Source: Armatimonadota bacterium
GTDB lineage: Bacteria > Armatimonadota > Fimbriimonadia > Fimbriimonadales > GBS-DC
Assembly: GCA_037445735.1 (NCBI GenBank)
Contig: JBBIJY010000021.1
Span: forward strand, 1-51,351
DNA length: 51,351 nt
Direction: 5' to 3'
Under the pieces are notes generated by a model that did not search any database, was not told the DNA's origin, and worked only from the letters and a program-made list of their open reading frames with translations. Position 1 is the stretch's first letter. Every line of letters begins with the position of its first letter. This document shows, piece by piece, positions 50,997 to 51,351 of this stretch. The position numbers were made by a program, and so were the translations under genes.

Positions 50997-51073
50997 TGGC
51001 AGGGGCGGCCGGATTCGAACCGACGACCTTCGGTTTTGGAGACCGACGCTCTACCAGCCTGAGCTACGCCCCT
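50997..51073 (-). tRNA. tRNA-Trp (CCA)
   Basis: AGGGGCGTAGCTCAGGCTGGTAGAGCGTCGGTCTCCAAAACCGAAGGTCGTCGGTTCGAATCCGGCCGCCCCTGCCA folds as a cloverleaf with encoded CCA end. Confidence 0.98.
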
Positions 51074-51078
51074 GCGCA

Positions 51079-51243
51079 CTATTTCGCCTCGCGATGCACC
51101 ACATGCTTGCGGCAGCGCGGGCAATACTTGCGCAACTCCAGCCGATCCCGCTGCCGCTCGCGGTGCTTCGTCGTCGTGTAGTTCCGACTCTTGCACTCGG
51201 TACACGCGAGCACGATAATCACCCTTTTGCTAACCGTCGCCAT
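51079..51243 (-). CDS. rpmG: 50S ribosomal protein L33 (zinc-binding form)
   Basis: Below the ORF-track cutoff; [54 protein letters not shown]. Confidence 0.97.
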   Translation of the reverse strand: MATVSKRVIIVLACTECKSRNYTTTKHRERQRDRLELRKYCPRCRKHVVHREAK

Positions 51244-51300
51244 GATTATACCTCCATCGGTGCGATCGGGTTCCAGCCGGAACGGGTCGGGCGCATGGGC

Positions 51301-51351
51301 TTAGTCCAGGATGTCCGTCACCACCCCAGCACCCACCGTCCGACCACCCTC
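51301..51351 (-). CDS. tuf: Elongation factor Tu (3' end only)
   Basis: EGGRTVGAGVVTDILD* immediately upstream of rpmG. Confidence 0.93.
   Translation of the reverse strand, partial: EGGRTVGAGVVTDILD

Overview
GC-rich bacterial chromosomal window, mostly housekeeping genes: zwf (partial), hslV, xerC, an ECF sigma/anti-sigma/RseB-like trio, cyclophilin, sua5, scpA, gcvH-gcvPA, ligA, lexA, panC, hutU, ubiD, ggt, nudF, pheA, amidase, terC, tRNA-Trp, rpmG and the 3' end of tuf. The repeated C-terminal 'GDVNGDGCVDDADLL..LF.FG.GC' domain suggests Armatimonadota (inference from memory). Accessory content: (i) four unrelated secreted proteins plus one orphan fragment that share this dockerin-like C-terminal module with a co-varying Cys pair, a candidate surface-display or scaffold system; one cargo is a frameshifted cupredoxin/His-rich beta-propeller; (ii) an ArsR-controlled mer operon in which three proteins end in vicinal Cys-Cys; (iii) a lipoprotein serpin next to a Uma2 nuclease; (iv) a HepT/MntA toxin-antitoxin pair; (v) a GGQ-less aeRF1-like protein. 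Non-coding features: a large (Alu-containing) SRP RNA, a yybP-ykoY riboswitch, a candidate ~86-nt anti-Shine-Dalgarno sRNA, REP-like palindromes (one in frame inside ligA), and three promoter classes readable from the sequence (GG-extended -10 boxes with probable leaderless mRNAs, ECF-type GAAC-N16-CGT, SigH-like CAGGR-N16-CGAA). No CRISPR array, transposase or prophage was seen. All calls are by eye; no database searches were run.
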